Source: Octopus sinensis (lineage: Eukaryota). From it: 43,156 nt of DNA. The DNA lies in NCBI RefSeq assembly GCF_006345805.1, contig NW_021834998.1:1-43156 (forward strand), given 5' to 3'. The translations under genes and the position numbers were made by a program. The notes under the pieces were generated by a model, which saw only the letters and a list, made by a program, of their open reading frames with translations, was not told the DNA's origin and did no database searches. Positions within the stretch are counted from its first letter, which is position 1. Each line of letters starts with the position of its first letter. This document shows, piece after piece, positions 1 to 12,440 of this stretch.

Positions 1-2080
1 AATTCGAGTGACTCCTTATTTGACCCAAGACACTGTGATGTGCCAAATAATGCCTCTTTCAATACAAAATGCAATTATTTCCAAGTCAGTGGGAAGTAGG
101 ATTCTCAGTTGTCGACTAATCACTCCTATGTTAAATAAAATTAGAAACAAGACGTGTCATGTATGTTTTCAAATCTTAGGATGGTTGAAAAAATGTTTCG
201 TCTAGTCAAAGATCTATGTCAAGATATTGACTACGACGTACGAGCTGCAATGTGTGGAGAATTACGTCACATATCGCGGTACATAAAATGTGCTATTAGA
301 GTAGAATTGGAGGCCAGAACACAGCCATGTCAATAGTTCCAGAACTCCTGGAATTGTTGAAAGACGATTCTATTATTGTCAAATCGGCTGCAGTGGAAAC
401 GTTGGCTTGCATCTTGCCGATTCTAGACACCGGTAATGTACCGACATCTCCTCATTAAGTTTGTCAGAAGTCAAGAAAGGATACATTTCCATGATTATAA
501 AACTGTTCCAAGAATCTTACAACAAATGCGAAGACACACTTCAAGTGATTGCTCGACAGTTTTCATTATTCCTCGACAATTTTAAACGTTTGATGAGAAT
601 TAAATGTCATGTCTCAGGAGACATCACTGACCATCAAATGCGTTGGTTCGTTGAGTATTTTGCCAACCTTTGTTTTCTCGATGATAAAAATGATGTTCTA
701 TTTTTTATTTATTATAGGAAATATTTCTTCTAAAAATTTCAAAATCGCTGAACCTTAACTGCAAACTGGGCTTTGCAATGAATTTTGGAGTATAACTGGA
801 TTTGTTTTTTGCTTAGAAAGTTTTACAAATTGCAGGGGTTGCTTTATTCCATTCACATCTCCACATCTGTCTTAAAACGCTCGTGAAAGATTCTGAACTT
901 GAACTTAAAAAAACAGTCGCAAAAACTTTTTTGGAGGTTATTTAGTTCTGAATAAAGATGATAGATCATGTTGGGTTTGGGTTTGAGTGTTTACTGTGTC
1001 CAGCCTCAATTTGTAGAGCTATGTAAAAATGTCAAACTTGAGGTTTTTTTTAGCAACATGATTAGGTTATTTGTGAGATAATTCCCAATCTGGGTGAAAT
1101 AGTCACTTTGTTCTTAAATATCCCAAAAGGGCACAAGGAAAGTAAAAATATAACCGTACTTCTTTCTAATAATCCACTAGTGTGAGTATATCAACGAATT
1201 TATAAAAATCTTTCAAGAAATAGAGGCCCTTTTGATTAATACATACGAATGGCATCTTCACGTAAAATTTGTCGAACAGTTTAAAAAGTGTTGGAAATTA
1301 CTTCCATCGAACGTAATTTACCAAAAATTTGTTCCCTCTATTTGGAGACATCTTAAAAGCTCGGTGACTTAAAAATTTTTGTTTATATCATAGCTTCCAT
1401 TACCGGTCATTGATTCGTATGTTTCGCTGATTATTATGATTATTCGGTATACAAAGCCAAAGCAGAAACAACAGGAATTTCTGCAAAAAATATTCAATGG
1501 TTTTTAGTGGCTTATTTGACATTTAGAATTCTGTTTCAATCAAAATTGTTATTTTCGGATTATATTCATTGATGTTGCAAAAAACTCGTTTGAACTAAAT
1601 TCCAGGAGGTTCAACAAAATTCACTTTGTCTCTCATCTGATTGACATGATCAATGACCCCGTCCCCATTGTGCGACTGAGTCTCTGTTCGGTCATCATGC
1701 AATGTCGCCGGTGCATAAAACCACAAGACATCGACGAGTTGAAAAAATTGAAAATATCACTGAGACACGCTGCGATCACAGAGCAGGATAGTGAGGTCTT
1801 GAATGAGTGGATAAAAGTATTAGGACAAATAAAACTTTATAGATAATTAAAGAAATTGATTGCTACGATATATCGAATGTGCACGTAGCGTTTGTTTTTT
1901 ATTTCATAGAGCAAATCTTTTGGCATAATAACGGACGAGGATCTCGATGATCTTACGAAAGAAAACGAAGAACTAGAACTTGAAGATGTATGGGCCTCTG
2001 GTTTATGTTTAGAATGTGGAACGCCCGAATGCTACCCCAGTTTCTACAAATAAAGGTTAGATGTTCGTGGTAAGTAATCA
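1..2080 (+). CDS. PPP4R4: Protein phosphatase 4 regulatory subunit 4-like HEAT-repeat protein; 5' end outside the window, multi-exon, 3' end approximate
   Basis: Spliced reading LVKDLCQDIDYDVRAAMCGELRHISR|IGGQNTAMSIVPELLELLKDDSIIVKSAAVETL resembles PP4R4 (LVKSLCQDVEYEVRSCMCRQL...VLPELIEL). Mini-introns include gtacataaaatgtgctattagagtag (26 nt). A later exon reads MINDPVPIVRLSLC. Confidence 0.72.
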
Positions 2081-2401
2081 ATAGCTAAAATAAGTACAAA
2101 ATCTACTTCAGCTAAAAAAAAGTATCAATCTAATTTATATATTTTAGGAAATCTCCATCTAAAAAATAAAACGAAGTGCTTTTTAAATGTGAATACATAT
2201 TAGCTCTAAAATAATTATCAATCAATTTTTTCCATTATAAATCTAATTAAAATATTTAACCAAGTTATTTTTAAAAAAAGCCCAATTTAATATTTTCACA
2301 GATTACGATGAGAAGTGAAATAATCTTTTAGTTCTACACGATGCTTAATTGATATTTACTAAGTAACTATAACACCTCTCGGTGAGCAGTCATGTTGTAA
2401 T

Positions 2402-3000
2402 TAGGGCAACCGGAGAGTTGCTCTCAAAAATATTAAAAAATGATCTTAAAAGTCGACTAAATTGCATTAAAAAATTAAAAGTTTCAAGAAACAGAAATTA
2501 ATTTATCAAAGCACAACATTAAATAATATTTAACATTTTCAGGTAGGAAATTGCAATATTTGGTTAAAATTTTATGAATAATAGAAAATGACCTTTTTAC
2601 TTTGCACGATGTTGCCGGACAATAATGCGTGACGAAATGAAGTAATTGGTAGCTTAGATAACTCCATTGTTTCTAAAATGTCGTTTCTTGAAATTTGTAA
2701 GCTTATGTAGTCTTGAATTTTACAGGAATCTTCTTTAAAATCAGTATTTTTCAAAAATGATACGCTCTTGAAATAGTGAATTTATTTGATTCAATATTTT
2801 TAATAAAAAAATCCTCTTCTTGAAGATTTCTGTTAAATTTTTTGCAAGTCAGCAGCATTTGACCAGCTGCCCCATCTAGTTACAATGGGCTCGGGTGAAT
2901 ATCCAATTTCTGTAAATAATTGACGTCGTAAATTCTTTTTGACAACAAGTGCTTTGACGCACAATACCAAGTGATCTACCGCTGGATAAATTAATATTTG
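2402..3000 (-). mobile_element. Decayed hAT-like (DUF659-type) transposon relic
   Basis: Minus-strand peptides YPAVDHLVLCVKALVVKKNLRRQLFTEIGYSPEPIVTRWGSW and PENVKYYLML match the 32.7-33.8 kb element family. TAGGGCAA at 2402 resembles its TIR TAGGGCGA. Confidence 0.6.
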
Positions 3001-3769
3001 TTCCTATATTTTTTGTATTAAAAAAATATATTTTCAAAAGTTTTTAAAAACAATAGTTAAAGGCGTAAAACGTGTTTTTAGTGACGTAAAAATCCGGACA
3101 CTTTTTAGCTAAAAGACTCAATTTTTAATTATTTTGAAAAATAGTAATGGATTTTTTAAAGGGACAAGTTATATCCTACTGACAGCAAAATTTTTCTTAT
3201 AGGAGAAATAATGATACACTTGGTGTCCCAAGATTGATTGTATTTTATGTTGCTTAGATATACATCAACGAAGGAACCATTTGTAGAAAAAGATTCTGAA
3301 AGACCAACATTTCTGGATACAAACAAAGTTAAAATACTTTTCGAACTTCCTGGAGCAAATTGTGCAAAATCCGCTAAATATCTGTCGTTAGAAATGGAAA
3401 AAATTACTAAAAAAGTAATTTTCCCCCGAACTATTACTCTCAATTTAAATAAGAATGGTGTATTTCGTGTCAAATGGTATATATCTTTTAGAATCGAGTT
3501 GGTAAACGGATTAATTTTTACTTAAATTCACAGGGCTAATAGATCTGATGAAAATGCAATATTTTTGCCATATAGGAGTAGAGAAGAGACTTATGGAATA
3601 ATAAAAATATGATAAGAGTTGCTATGTTAGTACTCTGAATGGAATATAGGGTTGGGACGTCCACAGTGGAAAGAGATCTGGCAAATTTTTTAGATTATTT
3701 ATTAAAAAAAGCTGTTACTGTGCAGCGGGGTCGTGTAAACGAACGCAAGCTCCAAAATGTTTTGATAAT

Positions 3770-3950
3770 AATAATGACGACTAAAATCTTCAAATTGTAC
3801 GTTTAGTCAAGATTGGACTCATGAATATTTCTTTATTGAGGATAATGGAAAACCTATAAGCTTAATATCCTTCGAAAAAGTTGCTGTCCAATAACTTTAT
3901 AACATCAATCGAGTTCAGATCTCATGTGGAAACTAATAACTCCCAAATGG
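3770..3950 (+). mobile_element. hAT (GTF2IRD2/SPIN-like) transposase N-terminal fragment
   Basis: Reading RTFSQDWTHEYFFIEDNGKPISLI..KVAV resembles the conserved FQEKWTEEYFFVEVKGKPVCLIC start of this family. Confidence 0.5.
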
Positions 3951-4404
3951 ACCTTAAAAACTTTCGTCTCTGAGTACCATCAAACACGGAAGCCAATCTA
4001 CCTTCTGATTTTGGATTGTATATGATCTCTAAGAAAGCCCCAAGTATGACCTCAGCTTGGAAGAAACAGCAAACTGTGACTCCATTTTTGGAAGAATCGT
4101 CTGTAAACAGAAGTCTTTAAAAGCAGTGTATCCATTGGAACCCAAACGGATGAGCCTACGGACTCAAATATAATGACTATAGATCTGGAAGCAGCAGAAG
4201 TCTCAAAATTAATTCCGGAACAAAAAACAACGAAAGGCAGGGGTCTCAAAAAGAAGTCATCCTTAAAAAGGAACTCAATATGTCGATAGACAGGTGACTT
4301 AAATCAATTGAGGGGGAAATCATTTAATTGGGATAGAACGATGTGATCTCTAACGAAAAAGATCGATATTTACGAGAGATGGTGGCGTAAAAGGCTCTCT
4401 TGTG

Positions 4405-6400
4405 GTCATCCTCCTAAATGTCAGATCAATATGGAGACGGCCTTCCGAGCTAATCCGGCTCGTGGCTTTCCATCAGCCGGATATTTTAGTAGTAAACGAG
4501 TCAAAATAAAAACATGGAATGATATACCTTGGATGGCTATACTTCATATGGTGTCCAGTTGCTGGCACGGTCATCTTCTATATGATTGGTTAAAGATGGA
4601 AAACTTGAGAATAGAAAACGAAACTATTTTTAAATTTTTGTCTCTCGAGTTTTAATGTAGACAGGAATGGGTTCTGCTTGGGGGAATTTACTATAAGAAA
4701 TTAGCTGAAAACAAAAACTTAATTGCTGATTTCTTTAAAGAAAATCAATTTTCACTAATTGCTGGAAATCTAAATTCTAAATGCCCATCTTCAGTAGAAA
4801 AAAAGCCTGCGAGCTATATCCGATCATGTTGGTTTTGATGTTTAAACATCGGAAGAGCCAAATTATTTTTCATGTCATGGAGATGATTTCTTACGGCTGT
4901 TCCTAACTTCACCCTCATTGAAGCTCTTATGCAAACCTACGAGGAAAATCGAAAACATCGGCGGTGATCATACTTCCAAGATGATGACTATAATGCTGTA
5001 TTCAACATTAATGACGTCTGAGAGGATGCCTCTCGATCCAAGAGGAGATTACTGAAATCCTCCGCAATCAGCTCGCAGCTGTTTCGGAAGCAGATCCATC
5101 TGCCTTTTTACCAAAGCGTCCTCCAGCAAACTACACACGCAGATTGCAACGTTACACGATTATTGAGTCTGAGACTCGAGAAGTAATAAGCGTAGTCAAA
5201 AATGCGGCCCCAGTATATGACAAGATTCCAATGGCCTGTATTAAGCATGCACTGATTTGTTTGATGTCTGTGCTTACAAAACTCTACAATTCCAGCCTCC
5301 GTTCTAACATCATGGAAAAAACCTAAGTTCGAATAATTCGAAAACCTAAGAAATTTAAAAAAGCCTTGGACTATAGGCCTATAAGTCTAATTTGATCTAC
5401 ATCAAAGATAATGGAGAAAATCATATATAGAAGTCTAGTATTGCATATAGAATCACTGGCTCTCTCACGATCAGTGGGGTTTTCGTCCGGGCCGAACCTT
5501 GCTGACTTCATCTATCGACTGAATTCGATAGTATCTAAGGCACGAGATTCTGGCTTATCGAACAGTATTGTCTGCTTGGATGTGTCGAAGGTTTTCGACA
5601 GTGTCTGTCACTCAATCTTGCTGGAAAATCTTGAATATTGTGATGTCGATGCAGAAACCCTTGATAGTTAGCGAGTTTTTTGAATGGGAGGATCTCCTTT
5701 GTCAAATATCTTGGTTAAGATTCAAAAGTTATTCTTCAAAAAAGGAAGTACCTCAAGGCTCAGTTCTCACCCCATTTTTGTTCATCGTGTACATGGCAGA
5801 CTTTCCAAAAACCTGTGTGCATCTCAACGAATGTATTCCTTTATGCTGATGACGTTATTATCACGAACGAGGCAGCCCTTCCGACGACGTCGGAAATAAA
5901 ACTAAAATCTACTTAAAGCAAATAAAACAGTGGATGGTATTGAAGTACTTGACTCTGTTAATTGAGAAGTGCACGCTCACTAAAGTATAAGCAAGAAGTG
6001 CAAAAACCTTACCATATACGATTGAATCTATTCGGAAGAGCTAATCGTTTTTGTACCTGGAAGTCTAATTTTTTTAATGAAATGTTTACACAAATGATTA
6101 TGGACCTAATCAAACTACCCCGGAGACTGTGCTATTTATTTTCCGGGTAGTCATTCTTTCTGTGGTGATGTCTGGGCTGGAAGGGCGGATCTTGTCCCTT
6201 TCTAAGGCAAGAATTATAAAACTACTGGAAAAACGAGGAGATTAGCTCTCAAGGTGGCCTTTAGCGTAAATTTGAGAGAAAAAATACCGAGCTGTCACAA
6301 AACCTTTTTTATGAGCTGTCACGAAATTGGTGACTTGTCGAAAGCCAGTTCCTAAAGTTTCTAGACAAGAGAAGGAAATAGCCATGAACGACTTAGTGTA
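4405..6400 (+). mobile_element. Degenerate APE-RT LINE (ORF2 pseudogene)
   Basis: APE start VILLNVRSIWRRPSEL, followed by RT motifs YRPISLI*STSKIMEKII, LDVSKVFDSVCH, VPQGSVLTPFLFIVYM and YADD, with real stops and frameshifts. Confidence 0.85.
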
Positions 6401-7169
6401 TAAGGCCTGCTACTTTTCTTTAATTTTATATCAAGTATTCTCTTTGTGAAAATAAACCTATCTTTATCTTCCTATTTATTGGAAGTAAGGCTATACTTTC
6501 AGGATCATTTCTAAGAAAGAACGTTTATCAAAAATGTTCTTAGACAAAACTGTAATGATGTTCTTACTCTGCATTGCCTGAACGTGACTTGGCGTTCGCT
6601 TTAGAACGTTAAGAAGATTGTTCCCGTTGACTGGAGAGCATTTTGTTCTTTTTTAAAATATCACTCTTTACATTTTAATTTTTTTCGGCGAATTTTTTTT
6701 TGATTTTGAATTTAAACATAGAAAAGAATTATTTTGAACTCTTCCGTACAAGATGGGTTGCAGTTCTCTCGGAAGATCGCTAACGAGACTTTTTGAAAAA
6801 GATGACAAGTCTGGTTGGGATCCTTATTTTCCCTTGTAATTTTCGTTCCAAGCCGATGAAGAAAAATAATTGTTTATAGTTAATCGTTTTTAAAAATTGT
6901 CGAATCTCTGCGGGAAACTGCTTGGGCGATCTCATCACTGAAGCGGTAAATTCCGGATGGACTTTTTCGGATCCGTCTTCAGTCCTTGTTGTCAAAACCT
7001 CAGGAATATTCGAAAGGCTGTGACTCAACTCCTCACTGACAATGTTAGGAAAATCTCCTCGAAAACAAACGACTGGAGAAATACGAGCTGGCACTTTCGC
7101 GAATCTCGATTGCCGTGCTCCGCGGAAACTGCCATTCAATACGCATTGGGGTGTCGTTGAGCTGACTAA

Positions 7170-7920
7170 CATCTAACCTTTTATATTGAATGAGAGAAGA
7201 TAGTGAGAAAAAACAAACTCGATCTGCAGCATTGCCAGAGAACATCCTCGAGCGATAATGTGGGAGACGTTTTTCAGAAATTTTGATTTTTGCAAGCCGA
7301 AGGCTCCGGAGGTTTCGAATATCGGAGGGACAGAGAAATGTTGAGGGGCAATTTGATTGCACTTTTCCGTTATGTTGACTTCGCCAAAACCGCAGCCGAT
7401 CCAGGAGAAGATGCGGATGGGGACTAAATTGTATTCGTAGCATCCCAGATGTGGCATTTGCCATTACGGAAAAAGAAGGTTGCCATCCTATTTAGAGGCT
7501 TGCCGTCCCCCCTGTCCAGACCGGCTAGTTGAGTAAATTCAAGAAACCTGGCAACATTGAGTGCTTACGAGATGACGTCGTTGAGTGCCCCGTGACGAGG
7601 CGTGCGGCCTGTGCTCGGGCGGCTTCCACATTCACCATACTCCTCCAGCGACAACAACGGAGCGTACAGATATCAATACCCAACCGAAGAGCAACTCGAA
7701 TTCGGAGATTCTCGTCATCCAATAACAAGCCCGTTGATGGCGTCTGGGAGGCGTCGAGTCAGGAGTCATGTGTTTGTGAACTGCAGAAAGCAAGCACGCC
7801 AGGCGATGTTGGTCCAGTAGCGGCTGTAGCATGGAAAAGGAGTGTGCTGCCCAGATCTCGTCTCAATTCCTCTGTCTGGACATCTCAGAAGGAATTGGGA
7901 AGTTGGCTGTAATCCGAAAT
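7170..7920 (-). mobile_element. CRE-like RLE non-LTR retrotransposon C-terminal fragment
   Basis: Frameshifted LRIRVALRLGIDICTLRCCR..HGALNDVISRAL..GLDRGDGKP..WDAT corresponds to the CCHC plus PD-(D/E)xK region of CRE elements. Confidence 0.7.
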
Positions 7921-8169
7921 TCCTGCAGGTCGTCGGCCGGTAAATCCAGAGAGTTCGTTTAAAAAGGCTACATGCAGGAAGCGCAAACGTATCAGCTGTA
8001 AAAATACCAGCGCGACAAAAAAATCAGAAAAACTAAAACTTAATGATGAACTCGGAAGAACCATCTACAACAACTAGGTGACAAAATTTTCGCTTATGCT
8101 AGACAAATTTTTCACAGGCCAGAGATAGAACATAAAGTTAATTATTCTGTTATTTTACGTCTATAGATT

Positions 8170-8295
8170 ATTCTTTGTTGATAAATGTCAGGCTACATCG
8201 TACGAAGTGGAACGATTATTTTTATTCTAACACCAAAGATAAGAATTTTAAAGCGGATAATGTAGAATATTACTTAATTGTGAACACTCGATAAA
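8170..8295 (+). mobile_element. hAT-like (DUF659 family) C-terminal relic
   Basis: CQATSYEVERLF..TKDKNFKADNVEYYLIVN parallels CQPTSCSVERTFSL..RNF at 33.6 kb. A weaker colinear copy lies near 16198-16340. Confidence 0.45.
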
Positions 8296-8548
8296 CCATG
8301 AATAAGATTACTTGAAATTTTTATAAGAGTAGTTTATTTATTATTATTATAAGCACTTTCACGATGCCACCAGTATTTATTTATGAAAATAAAGTTGTAG
8401 ATAGTATGAAATATTATTAGCTTTAAATAATGATTAATTTATTTAATAAATAACAAAATTAAAAAAAAAAAATATAAAAGTACATCAATTAAATATCAAA
8501 CCACAAATCGGAGTGGCACGATCTTTGAGTAGTATTATTCACACATCG

Positions 8549-9475
8549 ATGGCTTCACGAAGATATATAAGCAAAATAAGAGGGATCATTCCGCCTATCC
8601 CAACCCCATTCGACGATAAAGGCAATGTTATCACCCAAAAACTGACCGAGAATATTGGCAAGTGGAACGAGACTGACATAATGGAATAACCATGATCGGA
8701 TCGAACGGAGAATACCCTCTACTGAGTCCATCCGAACGTATCCAAGTAGTGAGCACTGCCAGAAAAGCTTTGAATAGTAGCAAAGTATTGATTTCGGGAG
8801 CTGGATATGAAAGTACATCCGTTAAGTATAACTGCAGCCCCGAGGGCAACGATCGAGCAAATAAACCAACTGGCGGACTGTGGGGTGGATGCAGTGCTGG
8901 TGAAACCCCCATACTACTACAAACCACAAATGAATACTGACTCATTTCGTTTGTACTTCAACGAGGTGAGAGTGCTGTAATTTATTCAGGTGGCCGACGC
9001 CTCGCCCCTCCCCGTCATTATGTACAACATTACTCAATTCACGGGCATCGATATGGACTCACAAATCATTGCCGAAATGGCTCAACACCCAAATATAATC
9101 GGATTGCAAGAGAGCGGCGGAGATGTGAGTCTCATTTTATAATCTCAGATCATCAAAATATCACAAGTCGTCTCTCTAACTAAAAACTATGAGTTTAATG
9201 TCTTTATGGGCTCCGCCTCCCTTCTTCTACCTGCCTACGTTGCGGGTACACTTTTTTCTTTACCCACAGGAGCCAAATACTGCATCAGTTCGTTGGCGGG
9301 AGTACTCCCTCGATCAGCCTGCAGGTTGTACTCCCTCCTCCAGTCATCGTCCTTCCAGGAAGCTCTTGAGTTGCAGCAGAGCTTTCTTCCACTCAATCAC
9401 CTCGTTCTATTATTGCTCAGTCATGAAGGTTGCAAAAAAAATCTTGTTCTGCCGGGTATAAGTTTGCCTTGGATG
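8549..9475 (+). pseudogene. HOGA1: 4-hydroxy-2-oxoglutarate aldolase (DHDPS/NAL family), main part, interrupted by a LINE
   Basis: MASRRYISKIRGIIPPIPTPFD..MIGSNGEYPLLS..GAGYE..DAVLVKPPYYYK..VADASPLPVIMYNI..HPNIIGLQESGGD..FMGSASLLL, with several 24-25 nt GT-AG introns. The reading stops (GAT GAA TGA) right after the TSD. Confidence 0.85.
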
Positions 9476-9588
9476 AATGAATGAATGAATGAATTTTTAT
9501 TAACGGAAAAGCCGAAAAAAGAGGGAGAAAGTTAATGAGACAACGTATGCCTCTTCTTCGTTGTTTCCCTCTTTTTTTTTTTTTTTTT

Positions 9589-12178
9589 TTAATATTTAAT
9601 TCGAGAAGAAAAGGCTCTCTCAAGAACACTTCCAACCGTTTCCGTCGCGTCTTCCATCACTTGAGGGATGGGTTGGTCCAACTGGAGTCCATTTGCCAAT
9701 TTGATGGCATATCGCCTCGTCTTTTCGAGCTTAGCGATAATGCCATCCCTTTCAGCAGTAGGATACCATCCCTCGAACCCGTAGGTAAGCAATGGTTCGA
9801 CGCACGTTTTATAAACATATAAAAACGTTTCCGGGGAAGGTGGAAGTGAATTATGCTCCTGAGAATTTGAGCGCATTTCCTTCTCCTCGAGTCGATGTAT
9901 CTGAAGTAAGAACCCTTGGATCCAACTTCAACCCCAAGGTATTTCAGGTTCTCCGTTACTGTAAACCCATAGAGGTTTCTCGGCGGTTTTCGTTTTGCTC
10001 CCTGTTTTGCAATCCAAGTGGCGGTGCACTTTTCTTTTGCAAGCGTCAGTCCTTTTGATATGCACCATTCTTCCACTCTTGTCACGTATCCTTTTAACTT
10101 CCTCCACGAGATGTTTCTTTTCTCCACGAAGCATCCGTTATTAATATGTCGTCCGCGTAGATCATGAGACGACTGGTAGGATCTTTCGGTTTTGGAATCA
10201 TCAGCAACGTAAATATTAAAAAGCAGGGGGCTCAAGACCGAGCCTTGAGGTACCCCTCTTTTGAGATCGACAGATTCCGACAAACGGTTTCCGCATCGTA
10301 TGTATGACCTTCTCATTGATAAATAGCTCTTCAGCCAATTGACCGTTTTAGACCCGGGTTTGCTCTTGGCGACACTTTCCAAGAGGCCCAGGTGCCATAC
10401 GCTGTCAAAAGCTTTTGAGACATCGAGGCAGATAGCAATAGTCGCTGTATTATTAGCAAGACTAAGCGAGATGACTTTCTCGAGTTCTCCGAAACAATCA
10501 CCACAGGATCTTTTTCGTCGGAATCCCCACTGCTCTACTGCAAGTGCACCTGATTCCTCTACGAAGTTCGAAAGTCTTGTGAAGACAATCCGTTCCATAA
10601 TTTTAGAGACGGAGCATATTAGGCTTATCGGCCTATAGTTCTCTGCATGGTCCTTTATTTTTCCAGGCTTTGGAATCATACGTACGATTGACTTTTTCCA
10701 AGAGTCCGGTACGTATCCAAGTCTCCAGCTTGCATTGTATAGTGCGGTCAAGTATCGTAGGAGAATATTTGGAGCATGTTTGAATACAGAAATTGGAATG
10801 TAGTCATGGCCGGGTGCATTATTCTTGCAGCTCATAATTGCGGCATACGTTTCTTCCAACGTTATGTCTCTGCACAGTGGTCCCGTATGACTCAAATTAG
10901 CTCTTAGACTTCTCTGAGCCTCACATATAACTTCTTTCGGAACCATGTCGATCGGATCCACCTCTTGAACTTTTGCCAGTTGACTTCGCAGATGTGAGGG
11001 AACTTCATCGAGCGGGATATCTATTCCTTCAGTTGTTTTTAGTCGGATCTCTTCTCCTTTGTTCTCCATATTACTCAGTCTGTTGAAAACCTTCCAAAAA
11101 TGAGGGTTTTTCTTATTCAGTTTCGAGCATTGACTCTTCCAAGCAAGGTCTGAATGTTTTTTTGCGACATCATTTATCTCTATTTTCACGGTACGAATCT
11201 TATCCGAAGACGAATACGATCTATGGGGTCACTGCATCGTCTTAGCTTCTTTTCAAGGTTTCCCTTCCATTTTATAAGTTTTCCCAAAGATTCGTCAATC
11301 CGGGTTTTTCTGTTAGTATTTGACATGATGTATTTCCTGATTGAAGATTTTCGGAGAAAGTCCAGTATAGCTTCTCTGAGAATTTTATCAAGTTTTTCAA
11401 TTTGTATATTCGAAGAGATGTTTTGTATTGGATACGGTGTCAAATGCTTTTTCATTGATACCTCAAGGTCCGACCAGATTGTCCGAGACGTATCGTATCC
11501 GATAAACAGATCTTCGCATATCGTAGATGATGTTCGCATACACAAGGATTGAGGTAGGTGATCACTACCAATGTTTATCTCAATCCTTGGTATGCTGCAT
11601 TGATGAACAAGATCTGCCGATACGAGGAAAACTCCAATACAATCCTCTCCATAACAAGAGAAGTGGTTTGGTTCTCGTGAGGTCAAAACACTAAAACCGC
11701 AGTTCTCCGATAATCTGAGGAGTATATTACCGTCCGAATTTGTGTTGGCACATCCGTACGATGTGTGTTTTGCGTTAAGGTCTCCTATTAGAATTCCTCT
11801 ATCATTGTTCTGGAAAAATTCTTCAATAAGATTTTGATAATTCTTCATTGCTTTGGAGTACATAGCTCCGACAGATATCCATCCAAGGGATGTTAGTAGT
11901 TTCAATGTAATCAGTTCGCACAAATTTTGTTCGACGATTTTCAAGTCCCTCACCATCAGATTGTCTTTATAATATATGGATGTCCCAGTGCCAGCCACTG
12001 CGTCAGGTCGCCATGGGATATCAATCGACTGAAAACCATGGATTTTATGATGCTGATTTCCCTTAAGCTTCGTTTCATTAACAACCAATATGTCCATGTT
12101 TACCGAGCTAACCAAGTAGGTTAGCTCCGTAGCCCGTTTCCGAATTGACCGGGCGTTGATAAGCGTAAAAACGCTCAT
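9589..12178 (-). CDS. LINE ORF2: apurinic endonuclease plus reverse transcriptase, broken by a few indels
   Basis: APE motifs LINARSI, VVNETKL, ILIGDLNAKH and GSDHLP. RT motifs PGHDYI, YRPISLICSVSKIMERI, LDVSKAFDSVWH, GVPQGSVLSPLLFNIYVADD and YLGV. Confidence 0.92.
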
Positions 12179-12440
12179 CTCGTCAAGTTTTGGTGACTGT
12201 CCTCCATAACGAGCGCCACCAGTTCCAGTAAATTTTTAAACGTTTTTTTAGTCGTCGTTTTCGATTTAAGATGGAGGTCCTCCAGTTTTGCTTTTAAATG
12301 TTCAATTGCATTTGTCTTTTATCTGCCACCTGTATGTTGCATGGTGGTTGTCCCGGGTTTGATTTGGAAGTGTCCCCGAGTTTCATGCCTCTTTTTGGGT
12401 TGAGTCATATATTCGGTTGTGTTTACGCCTTGTTCCAACT

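Noticed and set aside
6720-7170. Possible gene (track ORFs 6780-7172 and 6957-7160)
   Set aside because: No recognisable motif or consistent exon structure; lies between two transposon relics.
11180-11230. Programmed frameshift between LINE APE and RT
   Set aside because: LINE ORF2 is normally one frame, no slippery site is evident, and indel errors are common in this window.
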